From Escherichia coli (GTDB taxonomy: Bacteria > Pseudomonadota > Gammaproteobacteria > Enterobacterales > Enterobacteriaceae): a DNA stretch of 64,000 nucleotides. This document shows positions 11,232-23,715 of the stretch, piece after piece. The notes beneath the pieces are model-generated. The model saw nothing but the letters and a program-made list of their open reading frames with translations. It made no database searches and was not told the origin of the DNA. The translations under genes were made by a program, and so were the position numbers. How positions within the stretch are numbered: the first letter of the stretch is position 1; every line of letters begins with the position of its first letter. The stretch lies in NCBI RefSeq assembly GCF_050920415.1, contig NZ_CP169309.1; one strand, 5' to 3'.

Positions 11232-11582
11232 TCACTCCTGGTCTATTTCTATCCGCCGAATCTGTAAACCGTCGTCTGCCACAATTTGTAGCATGTCGCC
11301 ATGACACTGTGGACAGCGTCGGACGCGCTGGGTTAATAGCGTCACATATTGTTGGCATGTTTCGCACCAGCATTCGGCCTCTTGTTCTTCGAGGTGCAGT
11401 TTACAACCTTCCGCCACGCTGCCGCGGCAAACCAGATCAAAACAAAAGGCAAGAGAGCTGGTTTCGACACAAGAAAATGCGCCAATTTTGAGCCAGACCC
11501 CAGTTACGCGTTTTGCGCCGTGTTTTGCGGCCTGCTGTTCGATCAATTCCAGTGCCCGTTGGCAGAGGGTTATTTCGTGCAT
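11232..11582 (-). CDS. hypA: [NiFe]-hydrogenase nickel insertion protein HypA
   Basis: 116 aa from MHEITLCQ; zinc site CxxC...CxxC; GGGAGG Shine-Dalgarno upstream. Confidence 0.92.
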   Translation of the reverse strand: MHEITLCQRALELIEQQAAKHGAKRVTGVWLKIGAFSCVETSSLAFCFDLVCRGSVAEGCKLHLEEQEAECWCETCQQYVTLLTQRVRRCPQCHGDMLQIVADDGLQIRRIEIDQE

Positions 11583-11613
11583 ATCGCCTCCCATTAACTA
11601 TTGCCAGCTACAA

Positions 11614-11628
11614 GCAATAATTGTGCCA
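11614..11628 (-). promoter_or_regulatory. sigma54 (-24/-12) promoter for hypA: TGGCAC-aatta-TTGC on minus strand
   Basis: Plus strand reads GCAATAATTGTGCCA; exact match to TGGCAC-N5-TTGC. Confidence 0.8.
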
Positions 11629-11654
11629 GTGTTGATTATCCCTGCGGTGAATAA

Positions 11655-11700
11655 TGTCGATGATGTCGAAATGACACGTCGACACGGCGACGAAATTCAT
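11655..11700. promoter_or_regulatory. Putative FhlA upstream activating sequence between the divergent hyp and hyc promoters (repeated TGTCGA/CGAAAT motifs)
   Basis: Repeated and inverted TGTCGA, TCGACA and CGAAAT(G/T) elements between two sigma54 promoters of FhlA-activated operons. Confidence 0.45.
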
Positions 11701-11741
11701 CTTTAGCTTAAAAATCGCTTTAATAACAATAAATTAAAAGT

Positions 11742-11757
11742 TGGCACAGAAAATGCT
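11742..11757 (+). promoter_or_regulatory. sigma54 (-24/-12) promoter for the hyc operon: TGGCAC-agaaaa-TGCT
   Basis: GG-N10-GC spacing exactly as consensus; about 37 bp upstream of the hycA start. Confidence 0.8.
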
Positions 11758-11793
11758 TAAAGCTGGCATCTCTGTTAAACGGGTAACCTGACA

Positions 11794-12255
11794 ATGACTA
11801 TTTGGGAAATAAGCGAGAAAGCCGATTACATCGCACAGCGGCATCGTCGCCTACAGGACCAGTGGCATCTCTACTGCAATTCGCTGGTTCAGGGGATCAC
11901 GTTATCGAAAGCGCGCCTGCATCACGCCATGAGCTGTGCGCCAGACAAAGAACTCTGTTTCGTCCTTTTTGAACATTTTCGCATTTACGTCACCCTGGCG
12001 GATGGCTTTAACAGCCACACCATCGAGTATTACGTCGAAACGAAAGAGGGTGAAGAAAAACAGCGGATTGCGCAGGCACAATTGAGCATTGACGGAATGA
12101 TAGATGGCAAGGTCAACATCCGCGATCGCGAACAGGTGCTGGAACACTATCTCGAAAAAATCGCTGGCGTTTACGACAGCTTATACACCGCCATTGAAAA
12201 CAATGTACCGGTGAATTTAAGCCAACTGGTAAAGGGACAAAGCCCGGCGGCATGA
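11794..12255 (+). CDS. hycA: Formate hydrogenlyase regulatory protein HycA
   Basis: 153-aa ORF, first gene of the hyc operon. Confidence 0.92.
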   Translation: MTIWEISEKADYIAQRHRRLQDQWHLYCNSLVQGITLSKARLHHAMSCAPDKELCFVLFEHFRIYVTLADGFNSHTIEYYVETKEGEEKQRIAQAQLSIDGMIDGKVNIRDREQVLEHYLEKIAGVYDSLYTAIENNVPVNLSQLVKGQSPAA

Positions 12256-12379
12256 GCTGAGGCTTTGCCCGTTTTGCAGGCGTTACGCCTGTTTGGGGAT
12301 GGGCGTGTCGATGAGTGTCGAAAATGACATTTCATCGGCATGTTTTCGTCAAAAATGACAATCACCTGAGGAATGCCTG

Positions 12380-12991
12380 GTGAATCGTTTTGTAATTGCT
12401 GACTCCACGCTCTGTATCGGCTGCCACACCTGTGAGGCCGCCTGTTCAGAGACGCATCGCCAGCACGGCCTGCAATCAATGCCGCGCCTGCGAGTGATGC
12501 TAAATGAAAAAGAATCTGCGCCGCAGCTCTGTCACCACTGTGAAGATGCACCCTGTGCGGTGGTCTGCCCGGTTAACGCTATCACCCGCGTTGATGGGGC
12601 AGTGCAGCTGAATGAAAGCCTGTGCGTAAGCTGCAAACTGTGCGGCATCGCCTGCCCGTTTGGCGCAATCGAATTTTCCGGCAGCCGTCCGCTGGATATT
12701 CCGGCAAACGCCAATACCCCGAAAGCGCCACCGGCACCGCCTGCTCCGGCGCGTGTCAGCACGTTGCTTGACTGGGTGCCGGGTATTCGCGCGATCGCCG
12801 TCAAATGTGACCTCTGTAGCTTTGATGAACAAGGTCCGGCCTGCGTGCGGATGTGCCCAACCAAAGCCCTGCATCTGGTGGATAACACCGATATCGCCCG
12901 TGTCAGCAAACGTAAGCGTGAGCTGACTTTTAACACGGATTTTGGCGATCTCACCTTGTTTCAGCAGGCTCAAAGTGGAGAGGCTAAATGA
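12380..12991 (+). CDS. hycB: Formate hydrogenlyase subunit 2, 4Fe-4S ferredoxin-type
   Basis: 203-aa ORF with multiple CxxCxxCxxxCP clusters; GTG start. Confidence 0.95.
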   Translation: MNRFVIADSTLCIGCHTCEAACSETHRQHGLQSMPRLRVMLNEKESAPQLCHHCEDAPCAVVCPVNAITRVDGAVQLNESLCVSCKLCGIACPFGAIEFSGSRPLDIPANANTPKAPPAPPAPARVSTLLDWVPGIRAIAVKCDLCSFDEQGPACVRMCPTKALHLVDNTDIARVSKRKRELTFNTDFGDLTLFQQAQSGEAK

Positions 12992-14814
12992 GCGCAATTT
13001 CCCTGATCAATAGCGGCGTGGCGTGGTTTGTTGCCGCCGCTGTTCTGGCATTTCTCTTTTCTTTTCAAAAGGCGTTAAGCGGCTGGATTGCCGGAATTGG
13101 CGGCGCGGTGGGTAGCCTGTATACGGCAGCCGCAGGCTTCACTGTGCTGACTGGCGCGGTTGGCGTGAGCGGCGCGTTGTCGCTGGTAAGCTACAATGTG
13201 CAAATCTCTCCGCTTAATGCGATTTGGCTGATAACCCTCGGCCTGTGCGGTCTGTTTGTCAGCCTCTACAACATTGACTGGCATCGCCATGCGCAGGTGA
13301 AGTGTAACGGCTTGCAGATCAATATGTTGATGGCTGCTGCCGTCTGTGCCGTCATTGCCAGCAATCTGGGCATGTTCGTAGTAATGGCAGAAATCATGGC
13401 CCTGTGTGCGGTGTTCCTCACCAGCAACAGCAAAGAGGGCAAACTGTGGTTTGTGCTGGGGCGTCTTGGCACTTTGCTGCTGGCGATTGCTTGCTGGCTG
13501 CTGTGGCAACGTTACGGCACGCTGGATCTGCGCCTGCTGGATATGCGCATGCAACAGCTGCCGCTTGGTTCCGATATCTGGCTGCTCGGTGTGATTGGTT
13601 TTGGCCTGCTGGCCGGGATTATCCCGCTGCACGGCTGGGTGCCGCAGGCACATGCTAACGCCTCTGCGCCAGCTGCGGCGCTGTTTTCCACGGTGGTGAT
13701 GAAAATTGGCCTGCTGGGTATTTTAACCCTGTCTCTGCTGGGCGGTAATGCGCCGCTGTGGTGGGGAATTGCACTTCTGGTACTCGGCATGATCACCGCG
13801 TTCGTCGGCGGTCTGTATGCGCTGATGGAGCACAACATTCAGCGTTTGCTGGCTTACCACACTCTGGAAAATATCGGCATCATCCTGCTGGGGCTGGGCG
13901 CTGGCGTAACGGGTATCGCGCTTGAACAACCGGCGCTGATTGCCCTTGGCCTGGTCGGTGGTCTGTACCATCTGCTTAACCATAGCCTGTTCAAGAGCGT
14001 ACTGTTCCTCGGGGCTGGGAGCGTCTGGTTCCGTACCGGTCATCGCGATATCGAAAAACTCGGCGGTATTGGCAAAAAAATGCCGGTTATCTCCATCGCC
14101 ATGTTGGTCGGTCTGATGGCAATGGCTGCGCTGCCACCGCTGAACGGTTTTGCCGGGGAATGGGTTATCTATCAATCCTTCTTCAAACTGAGCAATAGTG
14201 GCGCGTTTGTTGCTCGTCTTCTCGGGCCGCTGCTCGCCGTGGGGCTGGCAATTACCGGTGCGCTGGCAGTGATGTGTATGGCGAAAGTTTATGGCGTTAC
14301 TTTCCTTGGCGCGCCGCGTACCAAAGAAGCCGAAAACGCCACCTGTGCGCCGCTCCTGATGAGCGTAAGCGTAGTGGCACTGGCGATTTGCTGCGTGATT
14401 GGCGGTGTTGCTGCGCCGTGGCTGCTGCCGATGTTGTCTGCAGCCGTACCTCTGCCGCTGGAGCCTGCTAATACAACCGTTTCTCAACCAATGATCACGT
14501 TGCTGCTGATTGCCTGCCCACTTCTGCCATTCATCATTATGGCGATTTGCAAAGGCGACCGTCTGCCGTCGCGTTCCCGCGGCGCTGCCTGGGTATGTGG
14601 CTACGACCATGAAAAATCAATGGTGATTACCGCTCACGGTTTTGCCATGCCGGTGAAACAGGCATTTGCGCCAGTGCTGAAACTGCGCAAATGGCTGAAT
14701 CCGGTGTCGCTGGTACCAGGCTGGCAGTGCGAGGGGAGTGCGTTGCTGTTCCGCCGGATGGCGCTGGTTGAACTGGCGGTGCTGGTGGTGATTATTGTTT
14801 CACGAGGAGCCTGA
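12988..14814 (+). CDS. hycC: Hydrogenase-3 membrane subunit (NuoL-like antiporter module)
   Basis: 608-aa polytopic membrane ORF. Confidence 0.95.
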   Translation: MSAISLINSGVAWFVAAAVLAFLFSFQKALSGWIAGIGGAVGSLYTAAAGFTVLTGAVGVSGALSLVSYNVQISPLNAIWLITLGLCGLFVSLYNIDWHRHAQVKCNGLQINMLMAAAVCAVIASNLGMFVVMAEIMALCAVFLTSNSKEGKLWFVLGRLGTLLLAIACWLLWQRYGTLDLRLLDMRMQQLPLGSDIWLLGVIGFGLLAGIIPLHGWVPQAHANASAPAAALFSTVVMKIGLLGILTLSLLGGNAPLWWGIALLVLGMITAFVGGLYALMEHNIQRLLAYHTLENIGIILLGLGAGVTGIALEQPALIALGLVGGLYHLLNHSLFKSVLFLGAGSVWFRTGHRDIEKLGGIGKKMPVISIAMLVGLMAMAALPPLNGFAGEWVIYQSFFKLSNSGAFVARLLGPLLAVGLAITGALAVMCMAKVYGVTFLGAPRTKEAENATCAPLLMSVSVVALAICCVIGGVAAPWLLPMLSAAVPLPLEPANTTVSQPMITLLLIACPLLPFIIMAICKGDRLPSRSRGAAWVCGYDHEKSMVITAHGFAMPVKQAFAPVLKLRKWLNPVSLVPGWQCEGSALLFRRMALVELAVLVVIIVSRGA

Positions 14815-14816
14815 GA

Positions 14817-15740
14817 ATGAGTGTTTTATATCCGTTAATTCAGGCGCTGGTGTTATTTGCCGTTGCGCCGCTGCTCTCCGGTATTACCCGCGTGGCGCGC
14901 GCCCGCTTGCATAACCGTCGCGGGCCGGGCGTGTTGCAGGAGTATCGCGACATTATCAAACTGCTGGGTCGTCAGAGCGTTGGTCCCGATGCCTCCGGCT
15001 GGGTGTTCCGCCTGACACCGTACGTAATGGTTGGCGTCATGTTGACTATCGCTACCGCGCTGCCGGTAGTGACTGTCGGTTCTCCGCTGCCGCAACTGGG
15101 GGATTTGATCACTTTACTGTATCTCTTCGCCATTGCGCGTTTCTTCTTTGCCATTTCTGGTCTGGATACCGGTAGTCCGTTTACTGCTATTGGCGCGAGC
15201 CGTGAAGCGATGCTTGGCGTGCTGGTCGAACCGATGTTGCTGCTTGGTCTGTGGGTCGCCGCGCAGGTGGCCGGTTCCACCAACATCAGCAACATCACCG
15301 ACACCGTTTATCACTGGCCGCTGAGTCAGAGCATCCCGCTGGCGCTGGCGCTTTGTGCCTGTGCGTTCGCCACCTTTATCGAAATGGGCAAACTGCCGTT
15401 CGACCTGGCGGAAGCCGAGCAGGAGCTGCAGGAAGGTCCGCTCTCTGAGTACAGCGGCAGCGGCTTTGGTGTCATGAAATGGGGTATCAGCCTGAAACAG
15501 CTGGTGGTGTTACAGATGTTCGTCGGGGTGTTTATTCCGTGGGGACAAATGGAAACCTTCACTGCCGGTGGGCTGCTGCTGGCGCTGGTGATTGCCATCG
15601 TCAAACTGGTGGTCGGCGTACTGGTTATCGCGCTGTTCGAAAACAGCATGGCCCGTCTGCGTCTTGATATTACACCACGCATTACCTGGGCTGGTTTTGG
15701 CTTTGCATTTTTAGCGTTCGTCTCCTTGCTGGCGGCGTGA
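14817..15740 (+). CDS. hycD: Hydrogenase-3 membrane subunit (NuoH-like)
   Basis: 307-aa membrane ORF. Confidence 0.95.
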   Translation: MSVLYPLIQALVLFAVAPLLSGITRVARARLHNRRGPGVLQEYRDIIKLLGRQSVGPDASGWVFRLTPYVMVGVMLTIATALPVVTVGSPLPQLGDLITLLYLFAIARFFFAISGLDTGSPFTAIGASREAMLGVLVEPMLLLGLWVAAQVAGSTNISNITDTVYHWPLSQSIPLALALCACAFATFIEMGKLPFDLAEAEQELQEGPLSEYSGSGFGVMKWGISLKQLVVLQMFVGVFIPWGQMETFTAGGLLLALVIAIVKLVVGVLVIALFENSMARLRLDITPRITWAGFGFAFLAFVSLLAA

Positions 15741-15757
15741 TTAAAGAGAGTTTGAGC

Positions 15758-17467
15758 ATGTCTGAAGAAAAATTAGGTCAACATTATCTCGCCGCGCTGA
15801 ATGAGGCATTTCCGGGCGTCGTGCTGGACCACGCCTGGCAGACCAAAGATCAGCTGACTGTCACCGTAAAGGTGAACTATCTGCCGGAAGTGGTGGAGTT
15901 CCTCTACTACAAGCAGGGGGGCTGGCTGTCGGTGCTGTTTGGTAACGACGAACGCAAACTGAATGGTCATTACGCCGTTTATTACGTGCTGTCGATGGAG
16001 AAGGGCACCAAGTGTTGGATTACGGTTCGCGTCGAAGTTGACGCCAACAAACCAGAATATCCGTCCGTGACGCCGCGCGTTCCGGCGGCGGTGTGGGGCG
16101 AGCGTGAAGTGCGCGATATGTACGGTTTGATTCCGGTAGGGCTTCCGGATGAACGCCGTCTGGTGCTGCCGGATGACTGGCCGGATGAACTCTACCCGCT
16201 GCGTAAAGACAGCATGGATTATCGTCAACGTCCGGCACCAACTACTGATGCTGAAACCTACGAGTTCATCAACGAACTGGGCGACAAGAAAAACAACGTC
16301 GTGCCGATTGGTCCACTGCACGTCACTTCTGACGAACCGGGCCACTTCCGTCTGTTCGTTGATGGCGAAAACATTATCGACGCCGACTACCGCCTGTTCT
16401 ACGTCCATCGCGGCATGGAAAAACTGGCGGAAACCCGCATGGGTTACAACGAAGTGACCTTCCTCTCTGACCGAGTTTGTGGGATCTGCGGCTTTGCCCA
16501 CAGCACCGCTTACACCACATCGGTGGAAAACGCGATGGGTATTCAGGTGCCAGAACGTGCGCAGATGATTCGCGCCATTTTGCTGGAAGTGGAACGCCTG
16601 CACTCGCATCTGCTCAACCTTGGACTTGCCTGCCACTTCACTGGCTTTGACTCCGGTTTTATGCAGTTCTTCCGCGTGCGTGAAACCTCCATGAAAATGG
16701 CGGAGATCCTTACCGGTGCGCGTAAAACTTACGGTCTGAACCTGATCGGCGGGATTCGTCGCGATCTGCTGAAAGATGACATGATCCAGACCCGTCAACT
16801 GGCGCAGCAGATGCGTCGTGAAGTGCAGGAGCTGGTGGATGTGCTGCTGAGCACACCGAACATGGAACAGCGCACTGTCGGCATTGGTCGTCTGGACCCG
16901 GAAATTGCCCGCGACTTCAGTAACGTCGGCCCGATGGTCCGCGCCAGCGGTCACGCTCGCGATACCCGCGCTGATCACCCGTTTGTTGGTTATGGCCTGC
17001 TGCCAATGGAAGTCCACAGCGAGCAGGGCTGCGACGTGATTTCCCGTCTGAAAGTGCGTATCAACGAAGTCTATACCGCGCTGAACATGATTGACTACGG
17101 TCTGGATAACCTGCCGGGCGGCCCGCTGATGGTGGAAGGCTTTACCTACATTCCGCACCGTTTTGCGCTGGGCTTTGCCGAAGCGCCGCGTGGCGATGAT
17201 ATCCACTGGAGCATGACCGGCGACAACCAGAAGCTGTACCGCTGGCGCTGCCGTGCCGCGACCTACGCGAACTGGCCGACCCTGCGCTACATGCTGCGCG
17301 GCAACACCGTTTCTGATGCGCCGCTGATTATCGGTAGCCTGGACCCTTGCTACTCCTGTACTGACCGCATGACCGTGGTCGATGTACGTAAGAAGAAGAG
17401 CAAAGTGGTGCCGTACAAAGAACTTGAGCGCTACAGCATTGAGCGTAAAAACTCGCCGCTGAAATAA
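15758..17467 (+). CDS. hycE: Hydrogenase-3 [NiFe] large subunit
   Basis: 569 aa from MSEEKLGQ; N-terminal RxCGxC Ni-Fe ligand motif and C-terminal DPCYSCTDR; the C-terminal extension is the HycI cleavage substrate. Confidence 0.95.
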   Translation: MSEEKLGQHYLAALNEAFPGVVLDHAWQTKDQLTVTVKVNYLPEVVEFLYYKQGGWLSVLFGNDERKLNGHYAVYYVLSMEKGTKCWITVRVEVDANKPEYPSVTPRVPAAVWGEREVRDMYGLIPVGLPDERRLVLPDDWPDELYPLRKDSMDYRQRPAPTTDAETYEFINELGDKKNNVVPIGPLHVTSDEPGHFRLFVDGENIIDADYRLFYVHRGMEKLAETRMGYNEVTFLSDRVCGICGFAHSTAYTTSVENAMGIQVPERAQMIRAILLEVERLHSHLLNLGLACHFTGFDSGFMQFFRVRETSMKMAEILTGARKTYGLNLIGGIRRDLLKDDMIQTRQLAQQMRREVQELVDVLLSTPNMEQRTVGIGRLDPEIARDFSNVGPMVRASGHARDTRADHPFVGYGLLPMEVHSEQGCDVISRLKVRINEVYTALNMIDYGLDNLPGGPLMVEGFTYIPHRFALGFAEAPRGDDIHWSMTGDNQKLYRWRCRAATYANWPTLRYMLRGNTVSDAPLIIGSLDPCYSCTDRMTVVDVRKKKSKVVPYKELERYSIERKNSPLK

Positions 17468-17476
17468 GGAATCGCC

Positions 17477-18019
17477 ATGTTTACCTTTATCAAAAAAGTC
17501 ATCAAAACCGGCACGGCGACCTCGTCTTACCCGCTGGAGCCGATTGCGGTTGATAAAAACTTCCGTGGTAAGCCAGAGCAGAACCCGCAGCAGTGCATCG
17601 GCTGCGCAGCCTGCGTCAATGCCTGCCCGTCAAACGCCTTAACCGTTGAAACTGATCTCGCCACCGGTGAGCTGGCATGGCAGTTCAATCTCGGTCGCTG
17701 CATCTTCTGTGGACGCTGCGAAGAAGTCTGCCCGACGGCGGCGATCAAACTGTCGCAAGAGTACGAACTGGCGGTGTGGAAGAAAGAAGATTTCCTGCAA
17801 CAGTCTCGCTTCGCGCTGTGCAACTGCCGCGTCTGCAATCGTCCTTTCGCCGTCCAGAAAGAGATCGACTACGCCATTGCGCTGCTTAAGCACAATGGTG
17901 ACAACCGTGCGGAAAACCACCGCGAAAGCTTTGAGACTTGCCCGGAATGTAAGCGCCAGAAATGCCTGGTGCCGTCTGACCGTATTGAACTGACTCGCCA
18001 TATGAAAGAGGCCATCTGA
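17477..18019 (+). CDS. hycF: Formate hydrogenlyase Fe-S subunit (2x 4Fe-4S ferredoxin)
   Basis: 180-aa ORF with [12 protein letters not shown] and [12 protein letters not shown]. Confidence 0.95.
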   Translation: MFTFIKKVIKTGTATSSYPLEPIAVDKNFRGKPEQNPQQCIGCAACVNACPSNALTVETDLATGELAWQFNLGRCIFCGRCEEVCPTAAIKLSQEYELAVWKKEDFLQQSRFALCNCRVCNRPFAVQKEIDYAIALLKHNGDNRAENHRESFETCPECKRQKCLVPSDRIELTRHMKEAI

Positions 18020-18786
18020 TGAGCAATTTATTAGGCCCCCGTGACGCCAACGGCATTCCGGTCCCGATGACGGTGGATGAATCCATCGCCAGTATGAAGG
18101 CGTCGTTACTGAAAAAAATCAAACGTTCTGCCTACGTTTACCGCGTGGACTGCGGCGGCTGCAACGGCTGCGAAATTGAAATTTTCGCTACCTTATCGCC
18201 GCTGTTCGATGCAGAACGCTTCGGCATTAAAGTTGTGCCGTCTCCGCGTCATGCGGATATTTTACTGTTTACCGGCGCGGTCACCCGTGCAATGCGATCC
18301 CCTGCGCTGCGTGCGTGGCAGTCTGCGCCGGACCCGAAAATCTGTATCTCCTACGGCGCCTGCGGTAACAGCGGCGGGATCTTCCACGATCTCTACTGCG
18401 TGTGGGGGGGTACGGATAAAATCGTCCCGGTGGATGTCTACATTCCGGGGTGCCCGCCAACGCCTGCCGCCACGCTGTACGGCTTTGCAATGGCGCTCGG
18501 CCTGCTGGAGCAGAAAATTCACGCCCGTGGGCCGGGTGAACTGGATGAACAACCGGCAGAGATCCTGCATGGCGATATGGTGCAGCCGCTGCGTGTAAAA
18601 GTAGATCGCGAAGCACGCCGCCTGGCGGGTTATCGTTACGGTCGCCAGATTGCCGATGATTTCCTGACGCAGTTAGGGCAGGGTGAAGAGCAGGTTGCAC
18701 GCTGGCTGGAAGCGGAAAACGATCCGCGTCTGAACGAGATTGTCAGCCATCTGAATCATGTTGTTGAAGAGGCGCGTATTCGATGA
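18019..18786 (+). CDS. hycG: Hydrogenase-3 small subunit (NuoB-like)
   Basis: 255-aa ORF; CGGCNGC and GCPP motifs. Confidence 0.95.
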   Translation: MSNLLGPRDANGIPVPMTVDESIASMKASLLKKIKRSAYVYRVDCGGCNGCEIEIFATLSPLFDAERFGIKVVPSPRHADILLFTGAVTRAMRSPALRAWQSAPDPKICISYGACGNSGGIFHDLYCVWGGTDKIVPVDVYIPGCPPTPAATLYGFAMALGLLEQKIHARGPGELDEQPAEILHGDMVQPLRVKVDREARRLAGYRYGRQIADDFLTQLGQGEEQVARWLEAENDPRLNEIVSHLNHVVEEARIR

Positions 18787-19193
18787 GTGAAAAGGTGGTG
18801 TTCAGTCAACTGAGCCGTAAATTTATTGATGAGAACGATGCTACGCCCGCCGAGGCGCAGCAGGTGGTCTATTATAGCCTGGCGATTGGTCACCACCTTG
18901 GGGTTATCGATTGCCTGGAAGCCGCGCTCACCTGCCCGTGGGATGAATATCTGGCATGGATTGCCACTCTGGAGGCGGGCAGTGAAGCCCGCCGTAAAAT
19001 GGAAGGCGTGCCGAAATATGGTGAGATCGTTATCGACATTAACCATGTGCCGATGCTGGCCAACGCATTCGATAAAGCCCGGGCAACGCAAACTTCGCAA
19101 CAGAAAGAATGGAGTACCATGCTGTTAAGTATGCTGCATGATATTTATCAGGAAAATGCCATCTATTTGATGGTGAGGAGACTGCGTGACTGA
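18783..19193 (+). CDS. hycH: Formate hydrogenlyase maturation protein HycH
   Basis: 136-aa ORF; 4-bp overlap with hycG. Confidence 0.9.
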   Translation: MSEKVVFSQLSRKFIDENDATPAEAQQVVYYSLAIGHHLGVIDCLEAALTCPWDEYLAWIATLEAGSEARRKMEGVPKYGEIVIDINHVPMLANAFDKARATQTSQQKEWSTMLLSMLHDIYQENAIYLMVRRLRD

Positions 19194-19656
19194 CGTTTTA
19201 CTCTGTGTTGGCAATAGCATGATGGGCGATGATGGCGCAGGTCCGCTGCTGGCGGAAAAGTGCGCCGCCGCGCCGAAAGGTAACTGGGTGGTGATTGACG
19301 GCGGAAGCGCACCGGAAAACGACATTGTCGCCATCCGCGAACTGCGCCCGACACGACTGCTGATTGTCGACGCCACGGATATGGGGCTAAACCCCGGCGA
19401 GATCCGCATCATCGATCCGGATGACATCGCCGAGATGTTTATGATGACTACCCATAACATGCCGCTGAACTACCTTATCGACCAGTTGAAAGAAGATATT
19501 GGTGAAGTGATTTTCCTCGGTATCCAGCCGGATATCGTCGGTTTTTACTACCCGATGACCCAGCCGATTAAAGACGCCGTAGAAACCGTTTATCAACGTC
19601 TGGAAGGCTGGGAAGGGAATGGTGGATTTGCGCAGTTAGCGGTGGAAGAAGAGTAG
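19186..19656 (+). CDS. hycI: Hydrogenase-3 maturation endopeptidase HycI
   Basis: 156-aa ORF; GTG start overlapping the hycH end. Confidence 0.92.
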   Translation: MTDVLLCVGNSMMGDDGAGPLLAEKCAAAPKGNWVVIDGGSAPENDIVAIRELRPTRLLIVDATDMGLNPGEIRIIDPDDIAEMFMMTTHNMPLNYLIDQLKEDIGEVIFLGIQPDIVGFYYPMTQPIKDAVETVYQRLEGWEGNGGFAQLAVEEE

Positions 19657-19823
19657 TTCGTAGACAAACATATTCACGTTTTTGAATTTGGACGTGCTAT
19701 TGTGACGGTTAGACGGGTGTTTACATATTGTGAACACTCGTGTGATCAACTACTATAGAAAAATAAAACCGAAGGAACGGGTAGTCCAGGCTTAGTCATT
19801 CAGGCGCTGATAAGGAAGTTAAA

Positions 19824-20135
19824 ATGCACATCATTTCTAAAGCGCCATTTGAAGAGTCTGCGCGTAAATATCCTAACGACGCTCTGGCTCTACACTCATT
19901 GTATCGGGTTATTAAGGAAACGGATTTTTCTACGCCAGAAGAAATGCGAACGGCGTTTCCCAACCTCGACAATTTTAAATATCGCAATAAATGGTACGTT
20001 CTGGATGTAGGCGGGAACAATCTTAGGGTTATTGCCTACATAAACTTTGTTAATAAGCGGTTCTTTGTGAAGCACATAACGAATCATGCCGAGTATGACA
20101 AACTGACACGTTACTACAGAGAGAACAAAGAATGA
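19824..20135 (+). CDS. HigB-family type II toxin (RelE/ParE-superfamily mRNA interferase), accessory gene
   Basis: 103-aa ORF; FPNLDNFKY...VGGNNLRVIAY...HITNHAEYD pattern resembles HigB as I recall it; AAGGAAG Shine-Dalgarno; toxin-first order; 4-bp ATGA overlap with the downstream antitoxin. Confidence 0.75.
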   Translation: MHIISKAPFEESARKYPNDALALHSLYRVIKETDFSTPEEMRTAFPNLDNFKYRNKWYVLDVGGNNLRVIAYINFVNKRFFVKHITNHAEYDKLTRYYRENKE

Positions 20136-20551
20136 CTGCTAATGCTGCACGCGCTGTTAAAGCAACAAGAGAACTGGTCAATGCAGTCCCCTTTCTGGGA
20201 GGCAGTGACTCAGAAGATGATTATCGTGAAGCACTGGAACTGGTCGAATATTTGATTGAAGAAGATGACACCAATCCACTTATCGACTTTCTGGCGAGCC
20301 GTATTGCAGAATATGAAAACAACCACGAAAAGTTTGCAGAGTTCGATAAAGCCGTTGCAGCAATGCCGATTGGCGTGGCGTTACTTCGCACGCTGATTGA
20401 TCAACATAATCTGACCTATGCGGATTTGAAGAACGAAATCGGCTCTAAATCCCTGGTCAGTCAGATTTTGTCTGGACAAAGATCCCTGACGATATCCCAC
20501 ATTAAGGCACTTTCAGCCCGATTTGGCGTTAAGCCGGAATGGTTTCTTTGA
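20132..20551 (+). CDS. HigA-family antitoxin with C-terminal XRE-type helix-turn-helix
   Basis: 139-aa ORF; C-terminal SKSLVSQILSGQRSLTISHIKALSARFGV HTH; start overlaps toxin stop. Confidence 0.75.
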   Translation: MTANAARAVKATRELVNAVPFLGGSDSEDDYREALELVEYLIEEDDTNPLIDFLASRIAEYENNHEKFAEFDKAVAAMPIGVALLRTLIDQHNLTYADLKNEIGSKSLVSQILSGQRSLTISHIKALSARFGVKPEWFL

Positions 20552-20578
20552 TTTTTGACAGATGCCAAACGCCAGATT

Positions 20579-20658
20579 GCCCGATGTGCTGCGCTTATCG
20601 GGCCTACATGTCGCACGAACTATGTAGGCCGGATAAGGCGTTCACGCCGCATCCGGCA
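20579..20658. repeat. BIME: two REP elements in opposite orientation
   Basis: GCCCGATGTGCTGCGCTTATCGGGCCTACA and TGTAGGCCGGATAAGGCGTTCACGCCGCATCCGGCA are typical REP palindromes. Confidence 0.8.
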
Positions 20659-20665
20659 CGTTTGC

Positions 20666-23556
<2,891 letters not shown>

Positions 23557-23641
23557 CGGATTTTATCCTGTTATCAGTAGGGTAGAGGTAGTTGTTATCA
23601 GTCGACGTGACGGGAAATTGCCGATGCTGAAACGGAATTAA

Positions 23642-23653
23642 GAAACCGGTTTC
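23642..23653. promoter_or_regulatory. Perfect 12-bp palindrome GAAACCGGTTTC, candidate AscG (LacI-family) operator
   Basis: Perfect palindrome in the ascF-ascG divergent promoter region. Confidence 0.6.
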
Positions 23654-23715
23654 ACAAAATCATGAATAGTTGATACTGATTAAGCAAGAGAGTTAATTGC
23701 TCATTTTTTATATTT

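Noticed and set aside
10548-11267. 239-aa plus-strand ORF
   Set aside because: Antisense to hypB and the hypA 3' end.
13723-14610. 295-aa minus-strand ORF
   Set aside because: Antisense to hycC; Arg/Gln/His-rich low-complexity translation.
15773-17206. 477-aa ORF on the minus strand
   Set aside because: Lies entirely antisense within hycE; no recognisable motifs; typical long antisense ORF in GC-rich coding sequence.
19657-20665. Mobile element (IS or integron) carrying the TA pair
   Set aside because: No transposase or integrase ORF and no terminal inverted repeats found; only a flanking BIME.
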